A DNA stretch of 64,000 nt from contig JAKIMF020000004.1 of the NCBI GenBank assembly GCA_022605425.2, positions 992,001 through 1,056,000 on the forward strand, written 5' to 3'. The position numbers were made by a program, and so were the translations under genes. Below are positions 25,145-36,896 of the stretch, piece by piece. The DNA is from Hamiltosporidium tvaerminnensis FI-OER-3-3. Lineage: Eukaryota > Fungi > Microsporidia. How positions within the stretch are numbered: position 1 is the stretch's first letter; the number at the start of each line of letters is the position of its first letter. The notes beneath the pieces were generated by a model. That model was not told where the DNA came from. It saw only the letters and a program-made list of their open reading frames with translations, and made no database searches.

Positions 25145-25871
25145 GGTGTAAATTCACATTTTTTTTACACTTTACACAAACAAAAAATTTTATCGACTTC
25201 GAATTTCTTAATTTTGGAATTTGAAAAAATTACCCCTCATGCAATGACTAGTCAAAAAGAAATTTATATTTTCTTCTGTTACATCTTTGCTATAAAAAAT
25301 CGTTCTAGAGAGTTCAACCTATTTAATATTGTTTGGATAGTTTTTGATCAAACATTTTGATTTAAATTTTTTCTTTTATATTTTTCGGCTACTTTGACTT
25401 TTTTAACATAAATCGAATTACTTTATAATTTCATGACTCCATACTTCAGCTAAAAATACATAAATAAATAATAGTATGCGGGCAAAACTTAATAGTTAAC
25501 TTAATAAAAGCAATAACATAATATTTGGCTAAATTTAAATCATATAGACTATCAGTTTCGGAGAAAATTTAATACCATATAATTTTTACAAAATCTGTTA
25601 AATAATAATGATTTTTATAAGTCTGGTTAAAAATATTTTCAAAGTTTTTCTTACTTTTTAATCCAAAATTTATTTATAAAAATTATGTATTTTAAAATGA
25701 TAGATCTTTGGATGCTTATTATTTGAATAATATCAAGATGTTTTTATAAAGTTATATTGGTAAAATCGAACACATCGAATTTTTCTAAATCTAAATTTTA
25801 GATAAATTCTTAGGTTGAAATATAATAAACTAAATTTCATAAATAATATTACATTCTTGTATTTTTGTTCC

Positions 25872-25956
25872 GTTTTTTAGTTTTTTAATTTTTAGTTTTT
25901 TAGTTTTTTAGATTTTAGTTTTTTAGTTTTTTAGTTTTTTAGTTTTTTAGTTTTTA
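25872..25956. repeat. (TTTTTTAG)n tandem repeat
   Basis: About 10 imperfect 7-8-bp units. Confidence 0.85.
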
Positions 25957-26344
25957 AATGATTTTGATTTGGAGATGTTCTATTGCTTAAAATTCTTTTA
26001 ATATTAAGCAAAAAACCACAAATTGAAAATTGAATATAAAATAATTATATTTAATGAACCGCGTTCATTTGAATGCATTTGATAGGATGATAAAGCTTTC
26101 TTGCTTGCAACTAAGGATAATTTGATGCATTTAAATATTCTCCAAAATCAACAAATTTTAAAATATGTTTTTAGGAAATAAATATATTTTATGTAATGTT
26201 GTAGAGGTTTTAAGTTCATAATTCAATGTTATCTATGTTTCTGATTGATAATAATATCTAATTCATTTAATATCCTATTATTATCTCAAAAGTATGTTTT
26301 ATTTTACTAAAATCACGTTAAATTATTTTTTTAAAAATAAATTT

Positions 26345-26570
26345 GGTTACATAATTACCTGTTCCTCTTTTACCTCTCAATGTCGAGGATGAACGAACGA
26401 ATGTTTTCCATTTGTTTCTTATAATCAATTGCAACTCGATATTATAGGGGGTATGTCTATATATCCAGTGTGTTTATACTTCACCAGAATGGCCGCAATG
26501 ATTCCACAACAAATTGTACACATTCATTACCAAGCTGAAATTTTTTAATGTGGTTATGCTCACCCTTCAC
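26345..26570 (-). ncRNA. Short (5'-domain-only) variant of the structured repeat family
   Basis: Reverse complement begins GTGAAGGGTGAGCATAACCACATTAAAAAA and aligns end to end with 40257-40474. It ends in TTATGTAACC, as domain I of copy B does. Confidence 0.6.
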
Positions 26571-27014
26571 AGAGTATATCAATGTATCAATATAAATTTA
26601 AATGAATCTATAAGTTCAATTGATATTTTTTATGAGATATTTTTTTGCATAATTCCTTAAAGAAATTTTAAAATTATTATCAGAATTGTAGTTTCTCCGG
26701 AAATAGTAATCTATTCAGAATGACTCTAAAAAAGAAAAAGTGAAGAATTTGTATAGCTAGAAAATTTTCGAGGATTTCGACCTATGGCGGGATTTGAGGT
26801 AAGGAAATGCGCTTTCCTGTATGATTTTTAATATCACGTTCGAAACTGCTATGTGAAAAGTAAGAAATTTTTCGAAAGAGAATTTTACAACTGAGAAATA
26901 CACTTTTAAGGCTATTCCGATGACATTTATATAAAAGAAAAATAATAGACGATCTTCGCGATCATTATGAAAGATAAAACAGGAAAAGCAAGTCTTCTTT
27001 TGATTATAAAAAAT

Positions 27015-27700
27015 GTACATGTATACTTCTAGAAATCAAGAAAAATGTCCCATCCTATTTCCAAGTAAATAGATACCGCTTTAAGAGTAAATCCTCTTTT
27101 GAGTATCTAGGTATGTTTCTGCCGTATAGTAATGATAACACTGAGGGAATAAAATAAAAAATTACAGCAGGAAACAAAACATATTTTGGATTACACGAAA
27201 TCCTTACATATCGATTTTGAAGCTGAAAAGCAAAAAAAGAATATTAAAACCAGTTTTTTACTTATGGTGACATACAACTGCGGAACTTGAATATCGAGAA
27301 ACTTAATGAAGCGATAATAGACTTATAAGAACGAAAGATTGAAGAATTTAAGACCAATATAAAATCGCCAAGGCCGGAGATTAATTCGTAAAACATTGGC
27401 TGCAATATTTATATCGGCATCTGGCATAGGTAAACACTGTTTAAAGAACCAGGCTCCCATATCTGGGTCATCTTGAGTGAATGCCTGGAAGCAGAGCATT
27501 AAAAAGGTGTATATGTTCAATCCGAATTTGAAGACTTCCTAGTCGTCACAAAACTAGAGGAGTTATGATGTAAAAAAGGATCACAGTCACCTTGGTATAG
27601 ATGAATGAAAAAGATTTGCGCTTTATCGTGACAGGTGGAAGTTTCTAGTAAATTAAGCTAGGGCTCTTAATGGGCCACGATGCCATGAGTAAATAAGTAA
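27015..27700 (+). mobile_element. 3' fragment of RTE-clade LINE
   Basis: Aligns to 56160-56857. Shares the 3' end GCTAGGGCT..TAATGGGCC...TGAGTAA(A/G)TAAGTA. Confidence 0.85.
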
Positions 27701-28286
27701 ATTTTCAAAAAAATCATTCTTAAATTTTTTATATATTTCATGTCATCATTTTAAGCAATTTATTTTCATTTTATATTCGACTCGTATTTTATATTTATCT
27801 TGGGTTCCTCGATGTGATAAATCCATCTACAATGAAAGGTATAGTATTTTTCGTTTATCTTTTTTAACACCAGCTCTCTCATGACTTGCTTAATTGTAAG
27901 GATATTCGTTCCTTTTTCTTTAAAGTTTTGCAAAAAAAAAATATTTTTAAAATAGATTTTTTTGAAATTTAATGTTTCAATGTCTTTTGACAGAGACAAT
28001 TTTAATCAAAATATTCCTATCTTGATATCTATAAAAATACTTAGAAAATTTGAATTATTTAAAAGAAATACACATCTGAATATAATTTTTTTTAGCCAAA
28101 AATTTGGTTTTAACAAACAAATCCCAAATTTTCTTTAAAATTTGCGAGACAGTAAAGTTTTATAAGATATATACCAGTAAAATAAGAAATAGACTCAATT
28201 TAAAATTAAATAGAATTTAATACTTCTGTATTATATGACTAAATTAGCGGCATGCCAACACAAAGGAAATCCCCTAGATTTGTGTT

Positions 28287-29192
28287 TTATTGGATGGGAT
28301 TCTTGGTTGAGTAAACAATATATGCATTGAATATTATGCAAACCAAACTACCCAGTATTGGAAGTAAATTATATTCTTTTTGAATTAATCTTTCGAAGTT
28401 ACCAAAATAAAGAGAAACTGAAATTAAACTAGCAGTAAATGCTACCAATCCAAAAGAGTTGATGTATTTAGAGGCAGAAAGATAAAATGTTGACAACGAA
28501 ATGGTATATAAAAACAGATATACATAATTCTTTGAGTAAAAATTCAAACTCCATCGAATATTAAATACGTAGTCTCTATAGAAATAACCTGTCATCATAA
28601 AACCTGTCAAAAACCCGAATAAAGTAAATCCTTTTAAATAATTTCCAATTCCAACTTCAGGAATGATTTTTGCCTGAATGAATCCGTTTGTTACACAACA
28701 TAAATCTGACAATAAAATATAAAAAATTCCTAGCAATGATATTTTTATAGGAATCACACTTGTAAAATAATTTATACATAATATCGCGATTACTAATGCA
28801 AAAAATTCTATGAATAAAATATAATCAAATTCGCTAGTTTTAAAAACAAAAGATTCTAGAATCATTGTAATTGGTGTATTCATCTGTGATAGCATAACAA
28901 CTATATAACTACTGAGTTCTTTATATGCCCTTAGCTGAAAGTATCCACCTAAAAAATCTGTCATTCCTGCCACTACGTAATAGAAAATATTAATTTTAAA
29001 AAAACCGTTTGCAGGTTGAAAGAGGTATAAAACGTGGCCTCCGATATGAATCACAATATATGCCATTGATAATGCGTAGAATGGAATAAAATTCGTATTT
29101 GTATTTAAAAAACTGGCAGATAGAGCTGCAACTGAAAGAATCAATGATAAAACTTGCCCGGATATGAATTTAAGAATTTCTGTTTTCCCCAT
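28287..29192 (-). CDS. SLC35F1/F2-like drug/metabolite transporter family membrane protein
   Basis: Many hydrophobic helices. GQVLSL and TDFLGGYFQLRAY resemble SLC35F motifs. First in-frame ATG is at 29192; the track start at 29297 is TTG. Confidence 0.8.
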   Translation of the reverse strand: MGKTEILKFISGQVLSLILSVAALSASFLNTNTNFIPFYALSMAYIVIHIGGHVLYLFQPANGFFKINIFYYVVAGMTDFLGGYFQLRAYKELSSYIVVMLSQMNTPITMILESFVFKTSEFDYILFIEFFALVIAILCINYFTSVIPIKISLLGIFYILLSDLCCVTNGFIQAKIIPEVGIGNYLKGFTLFGFLTGFMMTGYFYRDYVFNIRWSLNFYSKNYVYLFLYTISLSTFYLSASKYINSFGLVAFTASLISVSLYFGNFERLIQKEYNLLPILGSLVCIIFNAYIVYSTKNPIQ

Positions 29193-30549
29193 AAATCGAA
29201 TTTTTTTATTCTTTAAATAGTTTTTATAAAAAATAAATTTAGCTTTTTTTGATAAACAAAAGCTTTGACACGTTTTTTTTGTATCAAAACGAAGCAAGAT
29301 AATCTTTAATATGAATTAAAGATTTAAAATCCGTGTCAATTTTCCATTTATAGAATTCCTCAGAAAAAAGAATTGATTTTTTTACATTTTTATTTAATAA
29401 TTTAAAGTGCGCAATTTTAATTAGATTTAACTTGCTAATGAATCACGAATCTAAAAAAAATATTTAAAATCTCTTAAACTCAAATACTTTTTCATAAAAG
29501 CTGGGGATTAGAAATATATTTAATCAAAACAAAACGAATGTAGTATTGCGTACCTTCTTATTTTATAAAACAGAGCATATAAATATTAGTAAATATTAAA
29601 TAGAAAGAATTAAATTAAAAACATATTAAATGAATTTGACAAAAATGGCGGTACTTAATATGCCTTATAAGGAAAAGTTCGTTATTTTAAAAAATTATAA
29701 ATTTTAAATTCGACATTTATTCAAAAAAGATTCAAATGTGCATTTTTAAAAATTTTACAAGAAAATTATAGTTCCTCCGTGGAATTTAATTTATTTTCTT
29801 CTTATGTTATTGTTTATTTCGTCTAATAACCAAAATAAAAATCTATAATTTGTTTTTTATCATTAAAAAATTTGTAGTTAATAATTATTTTCAATTTTTA
29901 GAAAAAACCATTTTTTTGCGGTGAAAAATGATATTTCATCATATCATACATTGTTTTCTGTTTAAGATCATTTATGTTTGACTATTTTTGGAAAGCTAAA
30001 TCAAAGTGGCAATATTATTAATAGTTTTCGAAAAAGTAATGATGTTTCAAAACTTGGATTTGCAAGAAATCGTTTTTCTGGATCTACTATGAGATGTATT
30101 ATTATTCATGTTTTGGGTGTTTTGGCAACATTTAAAGCATCAAGGATAAATTCATGGATTTCAATTCATTTTCGAATCTATCTTGCGTATTTCAACAACA
30201 AGTAGGAGCAATTTCAAAGTTATTTTAGACTAATACCAGTATATTTAAGTTTTATATTCTGATACTTACACTGAGCCTGTTAAGTAAAACAATGTTAATT
30301 TGTAAAAAAAATTACTATAGTTTAACTTTTTTTAAATTCCTAGTTTATATTTTTAAAAATAATTAGTATATGATCAAGTATAAACTACATAAAATTTTGA
30401 AACAAACGAATGAGTTGTTTTAAATTCTTTGAGTATTTCATTTCATTGGTGCACATTTTATTATTTAATATGAATCGGGTTTAATCTCAAAATCTTGATA
30501 TTAGCACATTTTTTAATTCATTTTAAATATAAAATAAAAATCTGTTATT

Positions 30550-32450
30550 TTTTTAATAAAAAGAAATTTATATCGAGTTAGGTTTTTATTTAATTATAAT
30601 TTAGGGTAAAAATATTTTTATCAATTTAGATACTTCCTCAGCCTATTTTCCATACTTTATTCTTTCTTTCATAAATCCGTGTACCGTTTAACTTTATTGT
30701 CGGTTTTTCTATTGTGGTTATGAAATGTAATTTATAAGCAAAATATTTTTTGTATTTACTTTTTTAGCATGTTCTCCTTTGTTCTTTCATTGCTTTGAAG
30801 GGAGTAAGTTGTGTATGTCTCTATGATCTTTCAACAAATCAAATAATTCTCCCGAACTCTCTTCGCTTGATGTCTTAAGTTAGGTTCTCTACCTTGATTA
30901 AAAAAATTGTTTCGACTGTCTTTTGTTTTGCACTATCTAAATAGCATTTTCTTTTATATCAAAAGAAATTTTAAGTCTTTTTAGATATATCTTATTATAT
31001 GTTCCCAACATATCATTCCAGGTTATCACATAAAGAATTATCTCCTCTTTAGTAGTATTAAAAAGACTAACTCCTTTTAAATAAACGATATTTAACCATT
31101 TTCTCGTTTCAACTATTTAGAATAAATATAAAGATGTAATTATTATTTCAATAGGTATATCATATGTATTCTCACATTTAATATAGACATAAAAATTTAT
31201 AATATAAATTATTCTATTCTGAATTTTTATATTGGTAGCTGAAATAAATTTTTGAATATTAAACAAATCTCTAAGAAATGATTTAAGCAATATATGATTT
31301 AAATAAGCTTTTTTATTCCAAATACATTTTATCTTGGCTATGATTGCATGCTCCTTAATATTAATTTCATTTTTCTGCTCTTTACAAAAATGGAACAATT
31401 CATGGTAAATTTTTGGAGAAATGAACATCCTTGAATATACTTTTAGAATTTATCTCATTGAATATAAGGTAGTTAGTTCTTCGCTGATAACAAAACAATG
31501 AAATTAGCTTAATCGGAAACTAATAATTCTCTTATCATGATTATATAATATGTTTTTAATTATAAGAATTGTACTTTTTCGTTGTAATTAAGGTTATATA
31601 ATGGTTTTTTAGCGCCGAGATAACAAATAGATGCCGAATTTCCAAAAAAGATTTTCTTGTTTCCTTTATTAGTCTAAATTATATTCACGCTGCAATTCAA
31701 GTATATAACTTTTTATAAATAAAAGGTAAGAGACGGAATTATGTTTAAAAAATCATCTGAAAACTCCCAAATTGGGATTCCTTATAGTTTATCCACAATT
31801 TAAAATATTTATACAAAACTTTTAAAAATCTTGAGAGGCTTAAATATATAAAGAACTCCTCTTTATCTTAATTCAATTCTTTTTTTGTATTATTGTTTTA
31901 ATTACGTGTTTATTTACTTTATAGTTACGAAATATTCTTTATCGTTATTTCTTCTATATTTATAATAATTTTTAACTACAAGTCATTCGAAACCAGTTTT
32001 TTCATATTTTATAATATATAAATTGCCAATAAGAATATTTTATGTCTCCAATTAAGAATTTTATAATATATATGGTTTTTAAGAAGTTTATTTCAATTTA
32101 TTTAAAACGAGTGTTAGGAATATAAAACCAATATTAAGAGCATCTATATTTGGATGTTTTTTGCGACAAATTTTGAGCAAAGAATAAATATGCCTTTTAA
32201 TAATAGTATTTCACAATATCTAAGTCTCTGTCTTTATTCGTCTTCTAGATCAAGATTCTCTTTTGATCAGCAAAACATTGTTTTTTCATTAACATATTGT
32301 TATTTTAATGTTCATAAGATTAGCCAAGAAAATTTAAGATCTATTGTATTTTATATATTGATCATGGAAAAGAATTAATTTACACATCAAGAAACAATAC
32401 TCGATATCATGTGAATATTTTCAATGCCTTTATTCTCGCATAAGGTTCTT
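30550..32450 (-). mobile_element. Very old R4/Dong-type remnant
   Basis: Patchy similarity to 11600-13600 (AATTGTTTCGACTG, CCAGGT.ATCA.ATAA, GTTTCAACTATTT). Boundaries approximate. Confidence 0.55.
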
Positions 32451-34069
32451 CTAATTCGTTTTATTTACAACTTTTCTGTATATATTGAAATGTAATTTTT
32501 ACAGGATATTCTGCGTATTTTTGATTTGAGTTAATAACTTAAATTCATTTATGTTAGGCAGTACTTTATTGGAAATTGTTTTGTGCTTTAAAGATGTGTA
32601 GGAAACCTATCGCGGCATGCTACCATGACATGCAAAAATTTTGCTGGCTCGTGAATAATTTTATACAAATATAAAAATTTCTTAGATTATGAATTGATGG
32701 GATTCGAAAGTAAATTTTATGTAAGTCATGATTTTAAATCTTAATATAAGGTCAGCTCTTTACAATTAAATGTTAATTATTTAAATTTTCTGAATAAAAT
32801 TCTGACGAAGAACTAATTTTTAACTTTTTGCATCAGAACTCATCCAATACAGCAGCTACCGCTAAATATTACATATAAATTGCTATTCGGGTAAAATAAA
32901 AAGGTTGGCTATTACTCTATCAGAACATCATTCATTTACTAAAGTGAAATATATAAATTTTTCTTTAAAACTAAATTATCTATTGCGTTCTTTAAACTTT
33001 TCAATTTTTAAGACAGTATTTAATCATTGGAAAATATAAAAGTTGTATTGAATTTTTAGTTACTTAAGATTCAAATGAAATTTTTACCGAGCATTCAATT
33101 TATGTGTTTTTTAGTAAAAGCCAAATTTTTCTCTTCCTGTATTCGATAAAATATAATTTTTGCATTTCATACATGACATCGGTATATCTTATTATTGCTC
33201 TAATTTGATGTATAAAAATATATATGCACTTACTCATTTACAAAATGATTTTCAATAATTGTTTGGAATCAAATTCGAAATAATTCTATCTTAGATATTT
33301 AGAATGTTTCTTTGTCTTTTAATCATATTACATATTGAATACTTTATTTTTTTATTTGGTCAACGCTACAACGATTATTCCTTATAAATTTAAACTGTTT
33401 AAGAAATAAGCTATCTTTCCAAATGTAAGAATAATAGAAGAAAAATAATATTATATGGATCTATGCTTTGTTCTTTATAAATCTTCTAAGTAGTTATATA
33501 AATAAGAAAGGCGCGAACTCTACTCATATGTTTATATTTCCAACGTTTTTTGTTTTGATAAATTTTTTCTTAGATAGAAAAAATTAAGTTTAAATTAAAA
33601 AAACCAAAGTAAATTATAAAAGAAGTATTATTCTATTGACTACAACATTTTTATAAAAACAATTGACGATTATAGAATGAAAATTCTAAAAACGATCTGT
33701 AAAATTTTATTTTTATTTTTATTTTTATTTTAAATTAAATCAAACGGAAAATGGTATGTGAAAAGTGTCATCGATTAAATATTTTATAGAAAAAAAGTTT
33801 TATTAGAAACACAAATGAAATAATATAATGAATTGAAACCAAAAGCTTATTAAGGGTTTTTATATTCCTAAAGTATTAAAAAAAACTAAAAATGGCATTA
33901 AGAATGAATAATTTAGAGCAACAATAAATTATTAAAAAAAATATTTGTAAGTTATAATCTAATCCAAAGTAAATTTACATTTTTTTTCATTAAATTTTCT
34001 TTCGAATTTCCTTTCGACAATTAAATTTTCGTTAAAATTTCTTTTTATAAAATGTAAATAATAACCGTT

Positions 34070-34885
34070 ATGTTCAGTAAAATATCATATTACAGAAATA
34101 ATTTTTATATTTTAAGCGGAACACATATTATTATATTGGATTCTAATGCTAATGAATTGAAACGAATAAACCATGAAATAGAAGTTGTATTTATTAAATA
34201 TAATTATTTAATTGATAGAAATAAATGTCTTTATAAATTAGAAAACTTAAATTTAAAATTTATCTGTGCAATTAAAAAAATGATATCAAATATGTTTAAA
34301 GACAACGAAGATATATATTTAGTTGATAGATTCGGAGACATATATAAAATATACGAATCTACTGTTGTATTTGTATGTGGTAATATGTGTTTTACAACAG
34401 GTATTTTAATATATAATGATAATATTATTTCTAGCGACAAATATGGCAGAATAAAAATATATCACAATATTCATAAAAAAATATTAAATTATTTATTTTT
34501 GTTTAATTCACCAATAACTTCTTTAGATATGAACAATGATTTTATAATTGCTAGTGAAATAAATGGAAATATAAAAGTTTTGGATTTAAAAAATATGAAT
34601 GAATTAACTTCACATAAAATTGAAGATATTAAAATTCTTAAAAAAATAATGGTTTTTGACAAAAAACTGATGGTTTTATGTGATAAAGGTACATTTGTAT
34701 TCGAAATAGATGTGAATGGTAAGTTAATATTTTTAAAAAAATATGATTTTGAAATGAAGGATTCGATTATGGAAAATAATAATTTATTATTTATTGATAT
34801 AGATAATATGCTGTGGTTTAACGATATAAAAGTATTAGAAACGATACAGAGCACTGATGATTATATCGGTTTTTTAAATTACTAA
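34070..34885 (+). CDS. TRM82: WD40 protein, tRNA m7G methyltransferase non-catalytic subunit Trm82/WDR4-like
   Basis: LVDRFGDIY and ISSDKYGRIKI match the Trm82 DKFGDVY and SDRDEHIKI motifs. Beta-propeller pattern. Confidence 0.75.
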   Translation: MFSKISYYRNNFYILSGTHIIILDSNANELKRINHEIEVVFIKYNYLIDRNKCLYKLENLNLKFICAIKKMISNMFKDNEDIYLVDRFGDIYKIYESTVVFVCGNMCFTTGILIYNDNIISSDKYGRIKIYHNIHKKILNYLFLFNSPITSLDMNNDFIIASEINGNIKVLDLKNMNELTSHKIEDIKILKKIMVFDKKLMVLCDKGTFVFEIDVNGKLIFLKKYDFEMKDSIMENNNLLFIDIDNMLWFNDIKVLETIQSTDDYIGFLNY

Positions 34886-35462
34886 TTAAAATTTAACATT
34901 TTATATTTATTTTACATAATTAATTAAAAAAGATTTATTTTCACTTCTGGATAATTTTTTTTGAGATTTGAAGAATGTTTTTCATAAAAAAAACAATTTT
35001 TATAAAATTTAAATCATGAAATATGGCTTTTTTTAAACTATTATAAGATATAAATTTGAGAAAATTGAATTTAAATTTATTTTTAACATTAAACCTGAAA
35101 AAATATCCAATATTTTTTTACAAAACTTTAAATTTTTTTCTCATCATATATTTAAATGTAAATATCTGGGATTTTTTTCTAAAAAGTTTTGCATCAATAC
35201 TGTAGAATTTCAAAATTATAGATTTATTTCAAAAAAAGCCACGACTGAATCTATGGTTTATTATATTTATGAAGATGGTTATCTGTTATTAAAATAGATT
35301 GAAGAAACTATGTAATATATTTATCTCTGTATAATTAATACCAAAGAAAATACCAATTTATTTTTAAATTTCGATTCAAAGACAATACTTATTATATAGT
35401 CTATGCCATTGTTTATTTAAGTTATAGATTTTAATTTTATATATATTTAAGTATTGTTCGAT

Positions 35463-36896
35463 TTAATTCGGCAAGAATGTATCTTCAATAAGATCTCCAA
35501 TTAAAATTAACTCTTCTTTTTTGATTATTTCCTTTTGAGATAAGAATTGTAGGGATATAAGAAGGTCATTCATAAGTTCTAGAATTTTAGAAGGTTTAAC
35601 CTTATTTTTGAAATGTCTTCGTAATCTAAGAAATATATCTTGGTTTTCTTCCAGAAGATCCCCGAAGTTAGAATTAAATGTTTTTAGAAATACTCTTCTA
35701 ATATCGTTTTTTTCATATGAGTAATCAAATATTATTTTTTTATTTGGAATGTAAAACGAATCGAAATTTAACAATTTATTTCTTTTCTTTTTATATTTCT
35801 GTAAGATAACGAATGAACTGTCATTGAATGCATTTTTTATTTCAAAAATAACTGGAATTTTCCATTTAAAAAATGAAAAAACCATTTTACAGAGTCTTTC
35901 CATTGAAAGAATATCATCACAGTATATAATAATCTTAGAAGATTTAAAATTAAAGAAACCTAATATTAACATTAATTTTTTTGCATTTTCGAAACATGAA
36001 ACGTTTTTAAATACTCTTTTTGATAATTCTTCAAAGAAATCATTTGATCTGATTCTTTCGTTGATTTCAGTAGAAGAAATACAGTGAAAATTTAAAATAT
36101 TCAAAAACGGATAGCCATTATACTTTCTAGAAATTAATCCAAAAATATAGTAAAAGTTTTCTTGTAATTTAAATGTAGAAAAACCTTTGATAATTAAATT
36201 ATCGTTTATCAAATAATAGAAATATTTTTCTTTATAACTAACCCATGCATGGTCTTCTTGAAATTTAGATTTGCAGAGAGAACAAACAATATTTTCATCA
36301 TTAGAGATTTTCTTAATTCTATTATTTATACTTACATATAAATCATTTTTTATTTTTATACAGTAACTGTCACATTTATACTTTAAATTTGAACATTTGA
36401 ATATTCTACTATGAATACTTTTTATCTGATCAAATGATATTATTCTAGCCTTGAAACCATAAATTTCTTTATTATTACTTATGTTTAAAGCATTTTTAGC
36501 TAAAAGATAGAAATTTCTAATATTTTTAAGACATATCAAATATGGTAAATTTCGAGGAATTAATCTTATTTTAAAGAATTCAGATAAATCAATTAAAAAA
36601 TCTAAATGTAGATTCAGCGGGTATATTTGGTTTTTAATTGAAATAAAAATTTGATTTTTGATTAAATGTGAAGCTTCTTTATAGTTTTTAATCAAATTAT
36701 TAGAAAATTCCGGGGATAAATTACATAATTTCATGAAATCAATATCTATATTCAAAAAATATATTCTATCTATTTTCTGGGCTTTTTTTATTTCATTGAT
36801 GGTGTTTTCAAATATAAAAATGTTCCATTTTATGATTTTTTCTAAAATATTTTTACTGTTTTGAGCGAAAGTATCATCTTTACAGGAAACATTCAT
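35463..36896 (-). CDS. MCMDC2: MCM-domain protein without recognisable Walker motifs, MCMDC2-like
   Basis: MCM N-terminal pattern (NIDIDFMKLCNLSPEFSNNL...FISIK), zinc finger FKCSN...CSLCKSKFQED, degenerate AAA region. Confidence 0.6.
   Translation of the reverse strand: MNVSCKDDTFAQNSKNILEKIIKWNIFIFENTINEIKKAQKIDRIYFLNIDIDFMKLCNLSPEFSNNLIKNYKEASHLIKNQIFISIKNQIYPLNLHLDFLIDLSEFFKIRLIPRNLPYLICLKNIRNFYLLAKNALNISNNKEIYGFKARIISFDQIKSIHSRIFKCSNLKYKCDSYCIKIKNDLYVSINNRIKKISNDENIVCSLCKSKFQEDHAWVSYKEKYFYYLINDNLIIKGFSTFKLQENFYYIFGLISRKYNGYPFLNILNFHCISSTEINERIRSNDFFEELSKRVFKNVSCFENAKKLMLILGFFNFKSSKIIIYCDDILSMERLCKMVFSFFKWKIPVIFEIKNAFNDSSFVILQKYKKKRNKLLNFDSFYIPNKKIIFDYSYEKNDIRRVFLKTFNSNFGDLLEENQDIFLRLRRHFKNKVKPSKILELMNDLLISLQFLSQKEIIKKEELILIGDLIEDTFLPN

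Noticed and set aside
25232-25360. CCCC-ATG signal downstream of the EYA-like gene
   Set aside because: Opens only Met-Gln-stop; the next ATG gives a 38-aa ORF with no recognisable features.
25872-25956. Telomeric repeat or CRISPR-like array
   Set aside because: Simple T-rich tandem unit with no spacers, internal location, not TTAGG-type.
34231-36087. Antisense ORFs within TRM82 and the MCMDC2-like gene
   Set aside because: Shadow ORFs without independent evidence.
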